Below the pieces are notes generated by a model. The model made no database searches and was not told the origin of the DNA. It was given only the letters and a program-made list of their open reading frames with translations. A stretch of DNA of 30,476 nucleotides from a virus (taxonomy: Duplodnaviria; Caudoviricetes). A program made the position numbers and the translations under genes. Shown piece after piece: positions 8,786 to 18,514 of the stretch. The stretch is taken from the IMG/VR virus record IMGVR_UViG_3300030330_001233, positions 1 through 30,476 of that record; one strand, written 5' to 3'. The number at the start of each line of letters is the position of its first letter. Within the stretch, counting starts at the first letter, position 1.

Positions 8786-11700
8786 ATGCCAGAGATAAAA
8801 CGTTATTTTTCAAAGGCCAAAATGAACAAAGATCTTGATGAAAGAATTGTTCCTAATGGTGAATATAGAGACGCTATGAATATTCAGATATCTACGTCTG
8901 ATGCTGATGCTACGACTGGCGTAGGTAATGTTGGTGTTGTTCAAAATATACAAGGTAACTCAGAAGTAACTGAAACTTCAACAACGACTTGGAATAACAA
9001 TAATTCTAAAATTATAGCTAGCGCTGCCGATGAAGGTAATAATAAAACTTATTATTTTACAGCGGCTCCAGTTCCTATAGATGGTATACTAGATGGCGTT
9101 GATCCATCTACTATAACTGAAGAAGTTATTTGGATAGATAGTATAGTTGAAGTTGGAGTAGAAGGTCAAAGTGAAGATTTAAGTAGAAAATTTATTTTTA
9201 TAGATAAGTTTGCAATTACAAATACGGTATCTGGCGTTTTTGGACAAAATGCTATACCTGATGGCAGTAGTGATATTAGCACTTTAACTGTAGATAACGC
9301 TTCTAAATATAGAGTTGGTATGGAAATATATGTCCAAAAGCCAGACGGAGGTGCGGCATTAAGCGGTATAAGAATAACAAAAATAGATACTACTTTAAAT
9401 ATCTTATATTTATCTGATACTACAAGTTTTAATTTTACTCTTGCAAACATTGTTTTTAAATTTATTTATCCGCAAAGAGTTTTAGAATTTGATTATTACA
9501 ATGGTGACGCTTTTAGTTCTTTAAATTTAATTCCTTCAGCGTCTATAAATATTTTAGATAATTTATTAATGTGGTCAGATGGTAAGCATGAGCCTAAAAA
9601 AATAAATATAGATCGATGCGAAGCTGGAACTAACATAGGTGGCACGGCTAATGACGGTCAAACTCATACTAAATTATTTGTAAAAGATCCAGTTACAAAA
9701 GAATTAATTGATGTAGAAGATATAGAGCTTTTAGACACTGACACAAATTATACTTATCAAAGCTCTGACATAAAACTAGAAAATATAACTACAATTAAAA
9801 AAGCTCCTCTTTTACCACCTAATATTGAAATGTCAATTATAGAAAGAGATGAGGCAGTATTAGAGTTCCCACTAACACATCAATTTGTTATAGATAACAA
9901 TGTTCCAGAAGCAGGTGATATTCAAGTAATAGGTTTTGCAAGCTCTATAAATTATCAAGAAGATGATATATTTACGTTTACAGCACAAAACATAGAACCA
10001 CCAGTTGTTATAAGAGGTAAAGTTGTTGAGTCTGACGGAAATAACGCTGATGTTGAAATAATATTTGTAGACTCTGATTTAAGTGATTCAAACGACCCTA
10101 CTAATTGGATAGCTACATTAGAAGTAAAAAAACCTTTATTTGAAACAAAGTTTGGTAGACTTGGGTATAGATATAAATACGAAGACAATGAGTGTTCAAG
10201 TTTTTCTCCTTGGTCAGAATTAGCATTTTTACCTGGACCGTTTGAATATACTCCTCAAAAAGGATTTAATGAAGGTATGGCAAATACTGCTAGAAAAATA
10301 ATTATTAAAGACTTTATTCCAACTGTATATTCAAGGCCTTTAGACGTAAAAGCTATAGATATACTTTGGAAAACTACAGACAATGCTAACGTGTATATTG
10401 TTAAAACTTTGACAAGAGGTATAGATACTGAATGGAAAAATGTTAACGTTGACGGTATAGATGAAAGAGGCTCTCTTACTATAACTTCTGAAATGATATA
10501 CAAGGTTCTTGAAGAAACTCAACTTCTTAGATCTTGGGATAATGTTCCAAGGTATGCAAGAGCTCAAGGCATATCAAGTAATAGAATTTTATACGGAAAC
10601 TACGTTCAAGGCTACGATATGAAATCTAAAGTTAGTTTAATTCAATCAATAATATCACAACCGGTATCTTTTCCTACACCAAAAAAATCTGTAAAATCTT
10701 TAAGAAGTTATCAATTAGGTGTAGTTATTGGTGACGAGTTTGGCAGAGAAACTCCAGTTATATCAAGTGGTTATGAAATTAATCAAGACGACGGCACTTT
10801 TGAGGTTGTTCCAAACACTACAAAAATAGAAAAAAGTTTATCTAAATTTTCTAACAAAATTAAAGTAAAACCAAGATGGGAAAATTATGACCCAGTTAGC
10901 TCTGGCTGGATGAAATATCTTAAATACTATGTTAAAGAAACTAGTAACGAATATTATAATTTAGTTTTAAATAGATGGTATGATGCGTCAGATGACAATG
11001 TGTGGCTAGCTTTTAATTCAGCTGATAGAAACAAGGTTCAAGAAGGAGATTATTTAATACTAAAAAACGAACATGGTAGTCAAAATGCAGTTGAAGAAAA
11101 AGCTAGATATAAAATATTATCTATAGAAAACGAAGCTCCAGACTTTATTAAAACTAGCAATAATGATTTTCCTAAAGAAAAGATGGCTCCTAAACATATT
11201 TTTGGAGAAGATGGTTCTGGTACGGTATTACAACCAACAAACGCACACCCTAACAATATAATATCAGACGGCTCAGTAGCTTCACAAAGTGGTATTGATA
11301 GAATTTTATTAGAATCAGCAGAGCCAAATGATGATGATGAAACTCCATATTTAGACAATTTAAAATTTACAGGAACACCAATGTTGCGAATAGTTGGTGA
11401 ATTTACAGATACTGATGGAACTAAGTATGAAGCGTTTAGTCCATTTAAAAAAGTTACTAGAGTAATACAAGGTGGTGGCAATGGTGGCGAATATGGATTT
11501 GGTATTAGAGACCCATTTACTTTGTCTGAAGTTTTTATGTATCAAAAAATACAATTACAATTACCAGATGCTAGTACTATAGGAACTCCGCTACAATCAG
11601 TACAGGCGTTTATAGATTCAACAGCTCAGCAAGTAGAATATCACGTACAGCTTAGAGACGCTGTTGTAGAAAATAAACCAGAGTTTGATGGTAAGTTTTT

Positions 11701-14614
11701 TGTAAAAATAGCTAAAGACGCTGTTCTAAAAAATAAAGTCTTAGGTGATTCATTAGGCGAATATCAAGTCTTAGGTTCTTTTCAAGTAGCTTTTATAAGT
11801 AGTTTAGTAACAAATCCTGCTTACGCTACTAATGATTATGCAAGTGATATGCTTTATGAGACCTCAACTTGGGACAGTTATCTTGACGATGATACGTTTA
11901 CAAATAGTGATTTAAGCACAGATTTTGAAAATCAACCTGCTAATAACTTTGGCTCTGACGAAGCTTTGACAGATGCGTTTTGGGTTGATTGGTCTGACGA
12001 TCCAGATAGAACAGCAGATATATTTATAGATGGAGCTACTGCGTTTAGTGGGTTTGGTTACGAAAGTACTACTGGTAACGATGCAATGCCTGCTTTTAAT
12101 TTTGGAACATCTAAACAGGTTGTTGACGGTGACACTAGCAATTATCATCATTTTGGACTTTCTAATGGAACGTTTGTTAACGGAACTGAAGGTCAAATAA
12201 TTTTTTCTGTTATAGGTAAAGACAGATTTACTGGTTCTAGTTCTTATTTTAAAACTAAAATGCAAACTCCTGGTACTTTGTTTAGATTTGCAGATGATCC
12301 TAATCAAGTAGTTTATAGAGTTTTTCAATCTGTTCAAAACGTGCAAGCCGGCGGTCAAGTTGATGCTGGCCCTATAACTATAGAAAGTAAAAACTTTAAT
12401 AACGATGGTAGTAGTGATTTTGTAGATAGAACATCAATAATAGTTAGGTTTCATCGAGATGACGATAATAGCAGAGGTTTAGATAAAACAGTTTGGGATC
12501 CTAGAGGTGTAATACAACATAACGGACGTGGTAGTATGGCTATTGAAGTAGTTGATAAAGTCGCTGTTCAAAGCTTATCTGAAGATTCTATAGCTACATC
12601 AGCAGCTTGTTTTGAAACAGAGCCTAAAGAAGATTTAGGATTAGATATATACTATGAAGCTAGTAGAGCTTTACCAATAAACTTAGATGAAACTAATATT
12701 ATAGATTATACTGGCGCTCATATAATTGAAGAAAATGCAGCTAAATTTTCTGTTGGTGCTAGAAATAATCAGCCAGTAATTTTAACTGGTGATCCTTACG
12801 TTCATAGCGCTATAAATGAAAATGCTATTACTGTTAAAAGACTTACAAACTCAAACTTAACAACTGATATAAGCGATGATGGAGTAAGTGATGGAGTATG
12901 TGCTGCTATTAATGATTTTGTTTCATTTACACATAAAGATGATTTAGTGACTAAAGCACAAATATCTGATCATGCTAAAATAGTTAATAACACTACCGCG
13001 CCTTTAGCAATACCGTCGGATAGATATACTATATCTGGTAGTGGAGTACTTGATACTGTCAATATTCCTATTGCAGATTCTAACGCTAATAATGTTACTG
13101 TTGGCATGGAAGTTACTGGAGCAAATGTAGAGGCAGGAACATTTATAACACAAATAACAGACGGTGCTATTATTAGAATTTGCTCATTAAATCAGCAATT
13201 AATAACTAACGGTGACTCTAGTTTTACATTTATTGACGTAACAGGTGTTTTCTTTTTAAAGAAAAATGTTTATGTTCTTCCAGTAGAATTAGGTTGGTTT
13301 AATTGTTATTCGTTTGGCAATGGTGTAGAGTCTGATAGAATAAGAGATGATTTTAATACGCCTCAAATAGACAACGGTATTAAAGTTTCTTCAACGTTTT
13401 TAGAGTATGGACAAGAAGAAAAAACTAGTAGTATAATATACTCAGGCTTATATAACTCCACGTCAAGCACTAACGAGCTTAATCAGTTTAACATGGCTAA
13501 CAAAATAACTAAAGATTTAAATACTACTTACGGCTCTATACAAGCTATGAAAGCTAGAGATAATGATGTCGTAGTATTCACTGAAGATAAAATATTAAAA
13601 GTTTTATCAAGTGGTAAAGATGCTTTGTTTAACGCTGACGGTAACGCTCAATTAACTGCTACTAGTAGAGTTTTAGGAACGGCTATGCCATTTGCTGGAG
13701 ATTATGGTATATCTAAAAATCCAGAATCTTTAGCCACTGACGCTTATAGAATGTATTTTACAGACAAACAAAGAGGCGCTGTATTAAGATTATCAAGAGA
13801 TGGTTTAACACCTATATCAGATGTAGGTATGAAAGGATATTTTAGAGAAAAACTAAAATACCACACTAATATTTTAGGTTCATTTGATGGCGTTAATGAT
13901 GAGTATAATTTAACATTATTAAGATGGAACAAGTTTGGAGAAAGTAATACAGTTTCGCCGTCTGGTGATCAAACTATTTCTTTTAACGAAAAATCAAAAG
14001 GTTGGATAAGCTTTAAATCATTTATTCCAACGTCTTCTACTAACGTTACAGATAGGTATTATACAACTAATGAAAATAAAATATATAAACATTATGCTGC
14101 TACGGATCTTGTTGTTAATATTCCTGTTAGTAATTATAATACTTTTTATGGAACATATACGCCTTCTACTATAGATGTATTATTTAATGAATCAGCTAGC
14201 TCAATTAAATCTTTTAAAACAGTTAATTACGAAGGAACTCAAGGTAAAATAAATCAATTTACAACAGAAAGTATTGAAGACTCTACTGGCGCTATTGTTG
14301 ATTCTATAAACACAAACGGTGATGGAGAGTTTTATAATTTAGGAGCTACTAAAAAAGGATGGAGTGTTGAAAGCATAGAAACAGATTTACAAAAAGGTTC
14401 TGTTCCTGAGTTTGTAGAAAAAGAAGGTAAATGGTTTAATTATATTAAAGGAAACGATGAAGGTTTTATTTCCCAAAATTTGACAAATTTTAACACTCAA
14501 GGTTTAGGTTTTATATTAGCCGCCCCTGTAGCAACTGGCTTTACACCACAACAAGAAACAACGGCTTCAGGTACAGATGCTGATGGTAATGATTATCCAC
14601 AAACACCAGAATAA
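8786..14614 (+). CDS. Tail stabilisation / nozzle (muzzle) protein, P22 gp10-like
   Basis: 1942 aa. N-terminal 'KMNKDLDERIVPNGEYRDAMNI'; C-terminal beta-propeller-type segments 'YGISKNPESLA...YFTDKQRGAVLRLS.DGLTPIS..GM' and 'FNEKSKGWISFKSF'. Position in the tail module agrees. Confidence 0.7.
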   Translation: MPEIKRYFSKAKMNKDLDERIVPNGEYRDAMNIQISTSDADATTGVGNVGVVQNIQGNSEVTETSTTTWNNNNSKIIASAADEGNNKTYYFTAAPVPIDGILDGVDPSTITEEVIWIDSIVEVGVEGQSEDLSRKFIFIDKFAITNTVSGVFGQNAIPDGSSDISTLTVDNASKYRVGMEIYVQKPDGGAALSGIRITKIDTTLNILYLSDTTSFNFTLANIVFKFIYPQRVLEFDYYNGDAFSSLNLIPSASINILDNLLMWSDGKHEPKKINIDRCEAGTNIGGTANDGQTHTKLFVKDPVTKELIDVEDIELLDTDTNYTYQSSDIKLENITTIKKAPLLPPNIEMSIIERDEAVLEFPLTHQFVIDNNVPEAGDIQVIGFASSINYQEDDIFTFTAQNIEPPVVIRGKVVESDGNNADVEIIFVDSDLSDSNDPTNWIATLEVKKPLFETKFGRLGYRYKYEDNECSSFSPWSELAFLPGPFEYTPQKGFNEGMANTARKIIIKDFIPTVYSRPLDVKAIDILWKTTDNANVYIVKTLTRGIDTEWKNVNVDGIDERGSLTITSEMIYKVLEETQLLRSWDNVPRYARAQGISSNRILYGNYVQGYDMKSKVSLIQSIISQPVSFPTPKKSVKSLRSYQLGVVIGDEFGRETPVISSGYEINQDDGTFEVVPNTTKIEKSLSKFSNKIKVKPRWENYDPVSSGWMKYLKYYVKETSNEYYNLVLNRWYDASDDNVWLAFNSADRNKVQEGDYLILKNEHGSQNAVEEKARYKILSIENEAPDFIKTSNNDFPKEKMAPKHIFGEDGSGTVLQPTNAHPNNIISDGSVASQSGIDRILLESAEPNDDDETPYLDNLKFTGTPMLRIVGEFTDTDGTKYEAFSPFKKVTRVIQGGGNGGEYGFGIRDPFTLSEVFMYQKIQLQLPDASTIGTPLQSVQAFIDSTAQQVEYHVQLRDAVVENKPEFDGKFFVKIAKDAVLKNKVLGDSLGEYQVLGSFQVAFISSLVTNPAYATNDYASDMLYETSTWDSYLDDDTFTNSDLSTDFENQPANNFGSDEALTDAFWVDWSDDPDRTADIFIDGATAFSGFGYESTTGNDAMPAFNFGTSKQVVDGDTSNYHHFGLSNGTFVNGTEGQIIFSVIGKDRFTGSSSYFKTKMQTPGTLFRFADDPNQVVYRVFQSVQNVQAGGQVDAGPITIESKNFNNDGSSDFVDRTSIIVRFHRDDDNSRGLDKTVWDPRGVIQHNGRGSMAIEVVDKVAVQSLSEDSIATSAACFETEPKEDLGLDIYYEASRALPINLDETNIIDYTGAHIIEENAAKFSVGARNNQPVILTGDPYVHSAINENAITVKRLTNSNLTTDISDDGVSDGVCAAINDFVSFTHKDDLVTKAQISDHAKIVNNTTAPLAIPSDRYTISGSGVLDTVNIPIADSNANNVTVGMEVTGANVEAGTFITQITDGAIIRICSLNQQLITNGDSSFTFIDVTGVFFLKKNVYVLPVELGWFNCYSFGNGVESDRIRDDFNTPQIDNGIKVSSTFLEYGQEEKTSSIIYSGLYNSTSSTNELNQFNMANKITKDLNTTYGSIQAMKARDNDVVVFTEDKILKVLSSGKDALFNADGNAQLTATSRVLGTAMPFAGDYGISKNPESLATDAYRMYFTDKQRGAVLRLSRDGLTPISDVGMKGYFREKLKYHTNILGSFDGVNDEYNLTLLRWNKFGESNTVSPSGDQTISFNEKSKGWISFKSFIPTSSTNVTDRYYTTNENKIYKHYAATDLVVNIPVSNYNTFYGTYTPSTIDVLFNESASSIKSFKTVNYEGTQGKINQFTTESIEDSTGAIVDSINTNGDGEFYNLGATKKGWSVESIETDLQKGSVPEFVEKEGKWFNYIKGNDEGFISQNLTNFNTQGLGFILAAPVATGFTPQQETTASGTDADGNDYPQTPE

Positions 14615-14616
14615 TT

Positions 14617-16158
14617 ATGGCAATAAATTTCACAGTATCAACTTTTACTTTTACAGAAGATCCAAGCGCTAGCATAATGGGTCAAAACATGATTAGTGGT
14701 GGTAGTTTTACTATTACTCCTAATGAAGGATTTACAGTGTCTGCTTCAGATTTTTCTGCACCTGGAACTTTGCCTGGTCAGTTTGATAGCATAACTTTTA
14801 CTGATACGGCAGTTGCTGGTGAAATAAATAATACTGTCACAGTATCATTTGTTTTTTCTATTTTGTTTGAAATGTCAGCTGAGCTAAACACTATAAACGT
14901 ACCGTTTACAGGGCACGCTAGACCTGTTGATAATAAAAGATATATAGATTTTAGGATAGCATTTATAGATGACACGTCTGTAAATTTAAATGGTAGCTCT
15001 GCAGTGTCTAGCTTTGGATCAACGGTTACTCAATCAGGACCAACGCCCGAACCTACAGTAATTACAAATCTTTCTGCTTCAAACGTAACAGCTGGTTTTT
15101 TAGTTCAAATTGGTACTTTAGTGGTAACAGCAGATGACTCTCCTGAAATATGTAATTTTATAAATCCACCTACTATTGAATTAGTAAACATGCCTAATGG
15201 TACTGTATCTTTACAGTTAGATTCTATAACTAGAAGAGACGGCGAGACTGATACTGTTAAAGAGTGGAATTATAAAATAATGTTTGTAAGTGAGTTTAGC
15301 TTAACATCTAACGCTCAAGTTATAATAAGTTACACTGGCATAGTAAAGAAAACGGCTAAAGAAATAAAACAAATTATAGTTGGTGGCACCGAAGTAGCAT
15401 TTATTGGTGGTAATAAAAATATAAAAGTAGTAGGTGATGTAGGTGCGAAATTTGATTTAACATTAATTAAAAATAGCAATAGCACGTCGATAATAGATAC
15501 TAATTTAGCAAACGCTGATATATTAGATCGTAACGCTGGAGTAATAAGAGGAGTTAACAAAACTCTAGAAGGGGCTAAAACTAAGTCAGCATACGGTACT
15601 TTTGAATTTACACAAAATTTTCCTACTATATCTTCTAATGAATCATATAATTTAAATATATATCCTGGCGAAAATACTACCTTAAACTCAAGCATAACTC
15701 AACCACCATCTTCGCAGGTCGTTTTTAATCAATACATAAGACCGACAATAACAATAAATACTGATGACGATGGAGGTCCAAACACTTACGATGTAACATC
15801 ACAAACTACTATTTCATTAAAAGGACATGCTAACAAAACTCCTAGCCAACTAAGGCATATGAAGAAAATAGTTGATAAGATTAGTTTTACCTATGTTTAC
15901 ACAGTAACAAATACATCTGGTACTACATTTTCAACGGCTAATGTACCAACATGGTCTATGACTGATGCTAATTCTAATTGGGATCAAAGCGTTACTAACC
16001 ATGGAAATATAATAGAAATAGTTAATATAGCAATAGCTCTTTCAGGAACTCCATCAAATACTATAGCAACTGTAACTGGAGATGTTATAATTAGGAAATT
16101 TGGAACAGCAGATGTTACGTTTACTTTAGATTCATCAGACTTTTTAACGGTAACTTAA
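14617..16158 (+). CDS. Beta-rich tail-associated structural protein (Ig-like/fibre-like)
   Basis: 513 aa rich in T/S/V/I/N with alternating beta-strand patterns, located in the tail module. Confidence 0.5.
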   Translation: MAINFTVSTFTFTEDPSASIMGQNMISGGSFTITPNEGFTVSASDFSAPGTLPGQFDSITFTDTAVAGEINNTVTVSFVFSILFEMSAELNTINVPFTGHARPVDNKRYIDFRIAFIDDTSVNLNGSSAVSSFGSTVTQSGPTPEPTVITNLSASNVTAGFLVQIGTLVVTADDSPEICNFINPPTIELVNMPNGTVSLQLDSITRRDGETDTVKEWNYKIMFVSEFSLTSNAQVIISYTGIVKKTAKEIKQIIVGGTEVAFIGGNKNIKVVGDVGAKFDLTLIKNSNSTSIIDTNLANADILDRNAGVIRGVNKTLEGAKTKSAYGTFEFTQNFPTISSNESYNLNIYPGENTTLNSSITQPPSSQVVFNQYIRPTITINTDDDGGPNTYDVTSQTTISLKGHANKTPSQLRHMKKIVDKISFTYVYTVTNTSGTTFSTANVPTWSMTDANSNWDQSVTNHGNIIEIVNIAIALSGTPSNTIATVTGDVIIRKFGTADVTFTLDSSDFLTVT

Positions 16159-16167
16159 ATAAAAATT

Positions 16168-16548
16168 ATGGCAACGTGGACAATACAAATACCTAGAAAT
16201 CAATACACTTCACTACAAGTTGGTGATGAAGTTTACTCTGCGTCAAACTTAGTGTCTGGCTCTGGGTTTCAACAAATGAGTACTGGTCTTAGATTAGGAG
16301 ATATAGCAAGTATAAATAACACAACATCTTTAGATGATGGAACAGAAACTACAACTTTAGTAATAAATGCTTTTAATACCGGTGGGCCTTCACCTTCAAT
16401 AAATGATTTTGTGTTTTTTGTAAAAGATAGTAAAGTAAATATGACTTCTTTATTAGGTTACTTTGCTAAAATGCAATTTAAAAATAACGATAGAGATAGA
16501 GCTGAGCTTTTTGCTGTTTCTACTGAAATAAGCGAAAGTAGTAAATAA
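16168..16548 (+). CDS. Small tail structural protein
   Basis: 126 aa with 'SLQVGD' and C-terminal 'LLGYFAKMQFKNN...AELFAVSTEISESSK'. Confidence 0.55.
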   Translation: MATWTIQIPRNQYTSLQVGDEVYSASNLVSGSGFQQMSTGLRLGDIASINNTTSLDDGTETTTLVINAFNTGGPSPSINDFVFFVKDSKVNMTSLLGYFAKMQFKNNDRDRAELFAVSTEISESSK

Positions 16549-16559
16549 TAAGTAAAAAA

Positions 16560-16580
16560 TGTAACTATATTATAGTAAAA
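16560..16580 (+). promoter_or_regulatory. Repeated intergenic motif, copy 2 (candidate phage late promoter)
   Basis: TGTAACTATATTATAGTAAAA, containing the dyad ACTATA-T-TATAGT. Starts 35 nt upstream of ATG 16595. Confidence 0.6.
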
Positions 16581-16594
16581 ATTAATTAATAATT

Positions 16595-17251
16595 ATGGGA
16601 TTAGGAAGTATTTTTTCAGGTATATATCAAGGCATTTCTGCTGGTAAAAGAAAGCGCGAGGCTAAAAAAGAAGAGCGCCAGGCTAAAAAAGAATACGATA
16701 GAATGAAAGAGGTGTATTCAAATGTAGATACTAGTAATCCATTTGAAGGCTTAATAAACCAATATGCTGGTTTAGAAAATACAATGGAAGATTTAACTAT
16801 TAATAAGCAGCAAGCAGAGTTTGAGTCTCAACAATTTGCACAAAGCCAAGCTAATGTACTAAGTGGTTTAAGAGGAGCCGCTGGTAGTAGTGGTATAGCA
16901 GCATTAGCTCAATCGTTAGCAAAACAAGGGCAAATAGCAGCGCAAAAAGCTTCTGCTAGTATAGGAGCGCAAGAAGCCGCTAATCAAAAATCTGAAGCTG
17001 CAATGGCAGGTAAACTTCAAGAAGCTGAAGCTAGAGGTCAAGCAGAAGTTGATAAACAAATAGCTGCTGGAGAGCAAACGTCTCAACAGTTAGAAATGAA
17101 AAAACAAGCTACGCTAATGGATATGGCTAACCAGCAATATACTTCAGCTCAGGCCGCTACAGATCAAGCAGCTAGAGATCAAGAGCAGGGTATATCTACC
17201 GCTATAAGCGGAACTGGTGATTTATTACAAAGCGCTATAGGTCTAGTTTAA
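16595..17251 (+). CDS. Putative internal virion / ejection (pilot-like) protein
   Basis: 218 aa, A/Q/G-rich and helical, with a Gly-rich amphipathic N-terminus (MGLGSIFSGIYQG) followed by a basic run. Composition and position fit small podoviral ejection proteins. Confidence 0.6.
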   Translation: MGLGSIFSGIYQGISAGKRKREAKKEERQAKKEYDRMKEVYSNVDTSNPFEGLINQYAGLENTMEDLTINKQQAEFESQQFAQSQANVLSGLRGAAGSSGIAALAQSLAKQGQIAAQKASASIGAQEAANQKSEAAMAGKLQEAEARGQAEVDKQIAAGEQTSQQLEMKKQATLMDMANQQYTSAQAATDQAARDQEQGISTAISGTGDLLQSAIGLV

Positions 17252-17263
17252 AATATTATAATA

Positions 17264-18223
17264 ATGGAAGAAGAATACGTACCACAAAGTCAACTTAGTC
17301 AATACGAAAGTTTTATTAAACAAATAAATGTTAACAAAGAACGCGATCCTGGTCCAGATAAAAATGAAAAAGATCAGATTAATAAGTATATAACTAATAA
17401 AAAAAAAGAGTATTTAAAGTCTGATAATAATAAAAAAGGTGAAATAAATGATGAAATTACTAAGTACGCTAACAATATAGTTACTAATGAAAATTTTATT
17501 GGTGAAATAAGTGATGCGTTAACTGATAGTTCTTTGTTTACTGAAAACAGTTATAATCAATTAGGAAATTTAGGACCTCAACTATTAGATATAATAAATA
17601 AAAAAAATAAACCAATTAATAAAGGCCAAAAATTAGGTTATCTTATTGATGGTGAATTTATGACAGCTGGTCAAATACAACAAAAAATAAAGTCAGTTCA
17701 GCTAGACCAAGACAGTATTAAAAAGTTTAATATAATGAGAGATGATATTATAACTAATGCTTCAAAAATACAGTCTTCTGAGTTTTCAGAGTTTAATCAA
17801 AATAAAATTAGAGAAAATGTTTATGATAATCTAGTATCTGTTGGCAATATAAGTTCGCTAGCTAATGACACTATAATAGGTAATAGAACATTTAAAAATG
17901 ATTTTAAAAAAGCTTTAACAGCAGGAACGTATAAAGATCTTGGTGTAACAGATGATATGATAGTAGATCCTACTCCAGCTGATAATAAAATAACATCAGA
18001 AGACGCCGATATTATATTTAATAATATTTCTAAAGATGAAGAAATGTTTAAAAACATGTTGACAGATTACTTTACTAATTCTTTATCTAATAATCACTAC
18101 ACTAATTTATCACCGCAGATTCAAAGAGATAGAAAAATGAATCAATACACACCACAGTCTACACAAGGCAACAACCAATACACACCTCAGGCTATAGCAT
18201 ATAAGCCTGGTATGCAATTATAG
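17264..18223 (+). CDS. Putative internal virion protein
   Basis: 319 aa, N/K/D-rich, between the pilot-like gene and the giant gene. Duplicated NQYTPQ at the C-terminus. Confidence 0.45.
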   Translation: MEEEYVPQSQLSQYESFIKQINVNKERDPGPDKNEKDQINKYITNKKKEYLKSDNNKKGEINDEITKYANNIVTNENFIGEISDALTDSSLFTENSYNQLGNLGPQLLDIINKKNKPINKGQKLGYLIDGEFMTAGQIQQKIKSVQLDQDSIKKFNIMRDDIITNASKIQSSEFSEFNQNKIRENVYDNLVSVGNISSLANDTIIGNRTFKNDFKKALTAGTYKDLGVTDDMIVDPTPADNKITSEDADIIFNNISKDEEMFKNMLTDYFTNSLSNNHYTNLSPQIQRDRKMNQYTPQSTQGNNQYTPQAIAYKPGMQL

Positions 18224-18251
18224 TATTAACGGGTAACTAACGAAACAGTTT

Positions 18252-18514
18252 ATGGAAAGAGAATTTTATATCATTAAAGACGAAAATGGTACAGAACGAA
18301 AATATGCGATTAATAGTCAAGAAGAAAAAGATGACTTTTTTAATAATGCAAAAACAAATAATAAAAAAGTGTTTGACCAGTCAGGCAACGCTATAGATTT
18401 TAATAACATCCCTCGGCCGGGAAAGTCTCAAGGGACAGATCAGTCCCAAAACAATCAACAACAAAATACGGAATCCAGTTCGGAAAATACTTCATCGGAC
18501 TCACAATTAAATAA
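18252..18514 (+). CDS. Predicted 87-aa -1 transframe product of the giant gene
   Basis: Codons 1-58 (...PRPGK) joined to the -1 frame VSRDRSVPKQSTTKYGIQFGKYFIGLTIK, ending at TAA 18512-18514. The -1 frame is closed by TAA at 18404 and has no ATG of its own. Confidence 0.45.

Noticed and set aside
18140-18192. Duplicated NQYTPQ peptide at the end of the 319-aa gene
   Set aside because: Only two short imperfect copies in a low-complexity tail; not a CRISPR or DGR-type repeat.
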